From positions 112 through 64,111 of the forward strand of contig DATJPV010000041.1 of NCBI GenBank assembly GCA_035506195.1: a stretch of 64,000 nt of DNA, read 5' to 3'; not shown here. Below are more model-generated notes on this DNA. The model worked only from the letters and a program-made list of their open reading frames with translations. It was not told where the DNA came from and made no database searches. Source of the DNA: Patescibacteria group bacterium (GTDB taxonomy: Bacteria > Omnitrophota > Gorgyraeia > Gygaellales > Profunditerraquicolaceae). Numbering within the stretch: position 1 is the stretch's first letter.

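Noticed and set aside
34427-64000. Giant ORF interpreted as an NRPS/PKS megasynthase or a repetitive adhesin
   Set aside because: No condensation, adenylation, thiolation, KS or AT core motifs are present, and no Ig/cadherin-like tandem repeats. The modules are mutually unrelated enzymes.
34427-64000. Giant ORF as an assembly or frame artefact
   Set aside because: Nearly 9,900 consecutive sense codons cannot arise by chance at this GC content. Codon usage and GC content match the flanking genes, and each segment carries coherent enzyme motifs. Assembly collapse of repeats cannot be excluded without reads, but the only repeated element is 9-12 nt.
1-64000. Mobile elements, CRISPR arrays and tRNA or rRNA genes
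   Set aside because: No direct-repeat/spacer periodicity, no transposase or integrase-like translations in any frame, and no tRNA-like T-loop (GTTCGAATC) motifs were seen on visual scanning. The window is almost entirely protein-coding.

Overview
The window is about 55% GC, and 29 of its 31 confident genes lie on the minus strand. It falls into three blocks.

(1) Positions 1 to 8050 are a housekeeping run: glnA (5' part only), a class I/II aminotransferase, an Lrp/AsnC regulator, nadE, a QueG-like 4Fe-4S protein, mnmG, and a class II (B12-dependent) ribonucleotide reductase, nrdJ, with two candidate NrdR boxes upstream.

(2) Positions 8051 to 34373 are a carbohydrate locus built around phosphorolytic breakdown of beta-mannan and beta-glucan oligosaccharides. 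It contains a GH94 phosphorylase, a GH130 mannoside phosphorylase, a GPH sugar:cation symporter, and three paralogous clan GH-A TIM-barrel hydrolase domains (two fused in tandem, one with a discoidin domain). It also has an unusual phosphomannomutase/phosphoglucomutase plus mannose-6-phosphate isomerase fusion, a PfkB kinase, two Gfo/Idh/MocA oxidoreductases, a sugar-phosphate isomerase TIM barrel and a HAD phosphatase. Regulators include a LacI regulator, an HTH-less LacI-type ligand-binding protein, an atypical ROK-like kinase, a PilZ-ROK fusion regulator and a stand-alone PilZ protein.

(3) Positions 34427 to 64000 are the striking part. A single uninterrupted minus-strand reading frame of more than 9,850 codons runs off the window edge, so the gene is even longer. 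It does not look like an adhesin or an NRPS/PKS. It is a chain of about 30 unrelated enzymatic modules. I could recognise GNAT acetyltransferases, an adenylate kinase, a protein-kinase-like domain, a GHKL ATPase, a P-loop NTPase, GT4 and GT9 glycosyltransferases, a nucleotidyltransferase, two receiver domains, at least four SAM methyltransferases, a metallophosphoesterase, a radical SAM domain, a SpoT-like HD domain, HTH modules, a tail-anchor-like TM helix and a signal-peptide-like segment. The modules are separated by 32 copies of a short Ser-Ser-Pro junction that is also conserved at the codon level (AGY-TCN-CCG, mostly AGC-TCG-CCG).

I could find no rRNA, tRNA, CRISPR array or transposase by eye. 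All calls rest on motif recognition from the translated sequence. No database searches were run.
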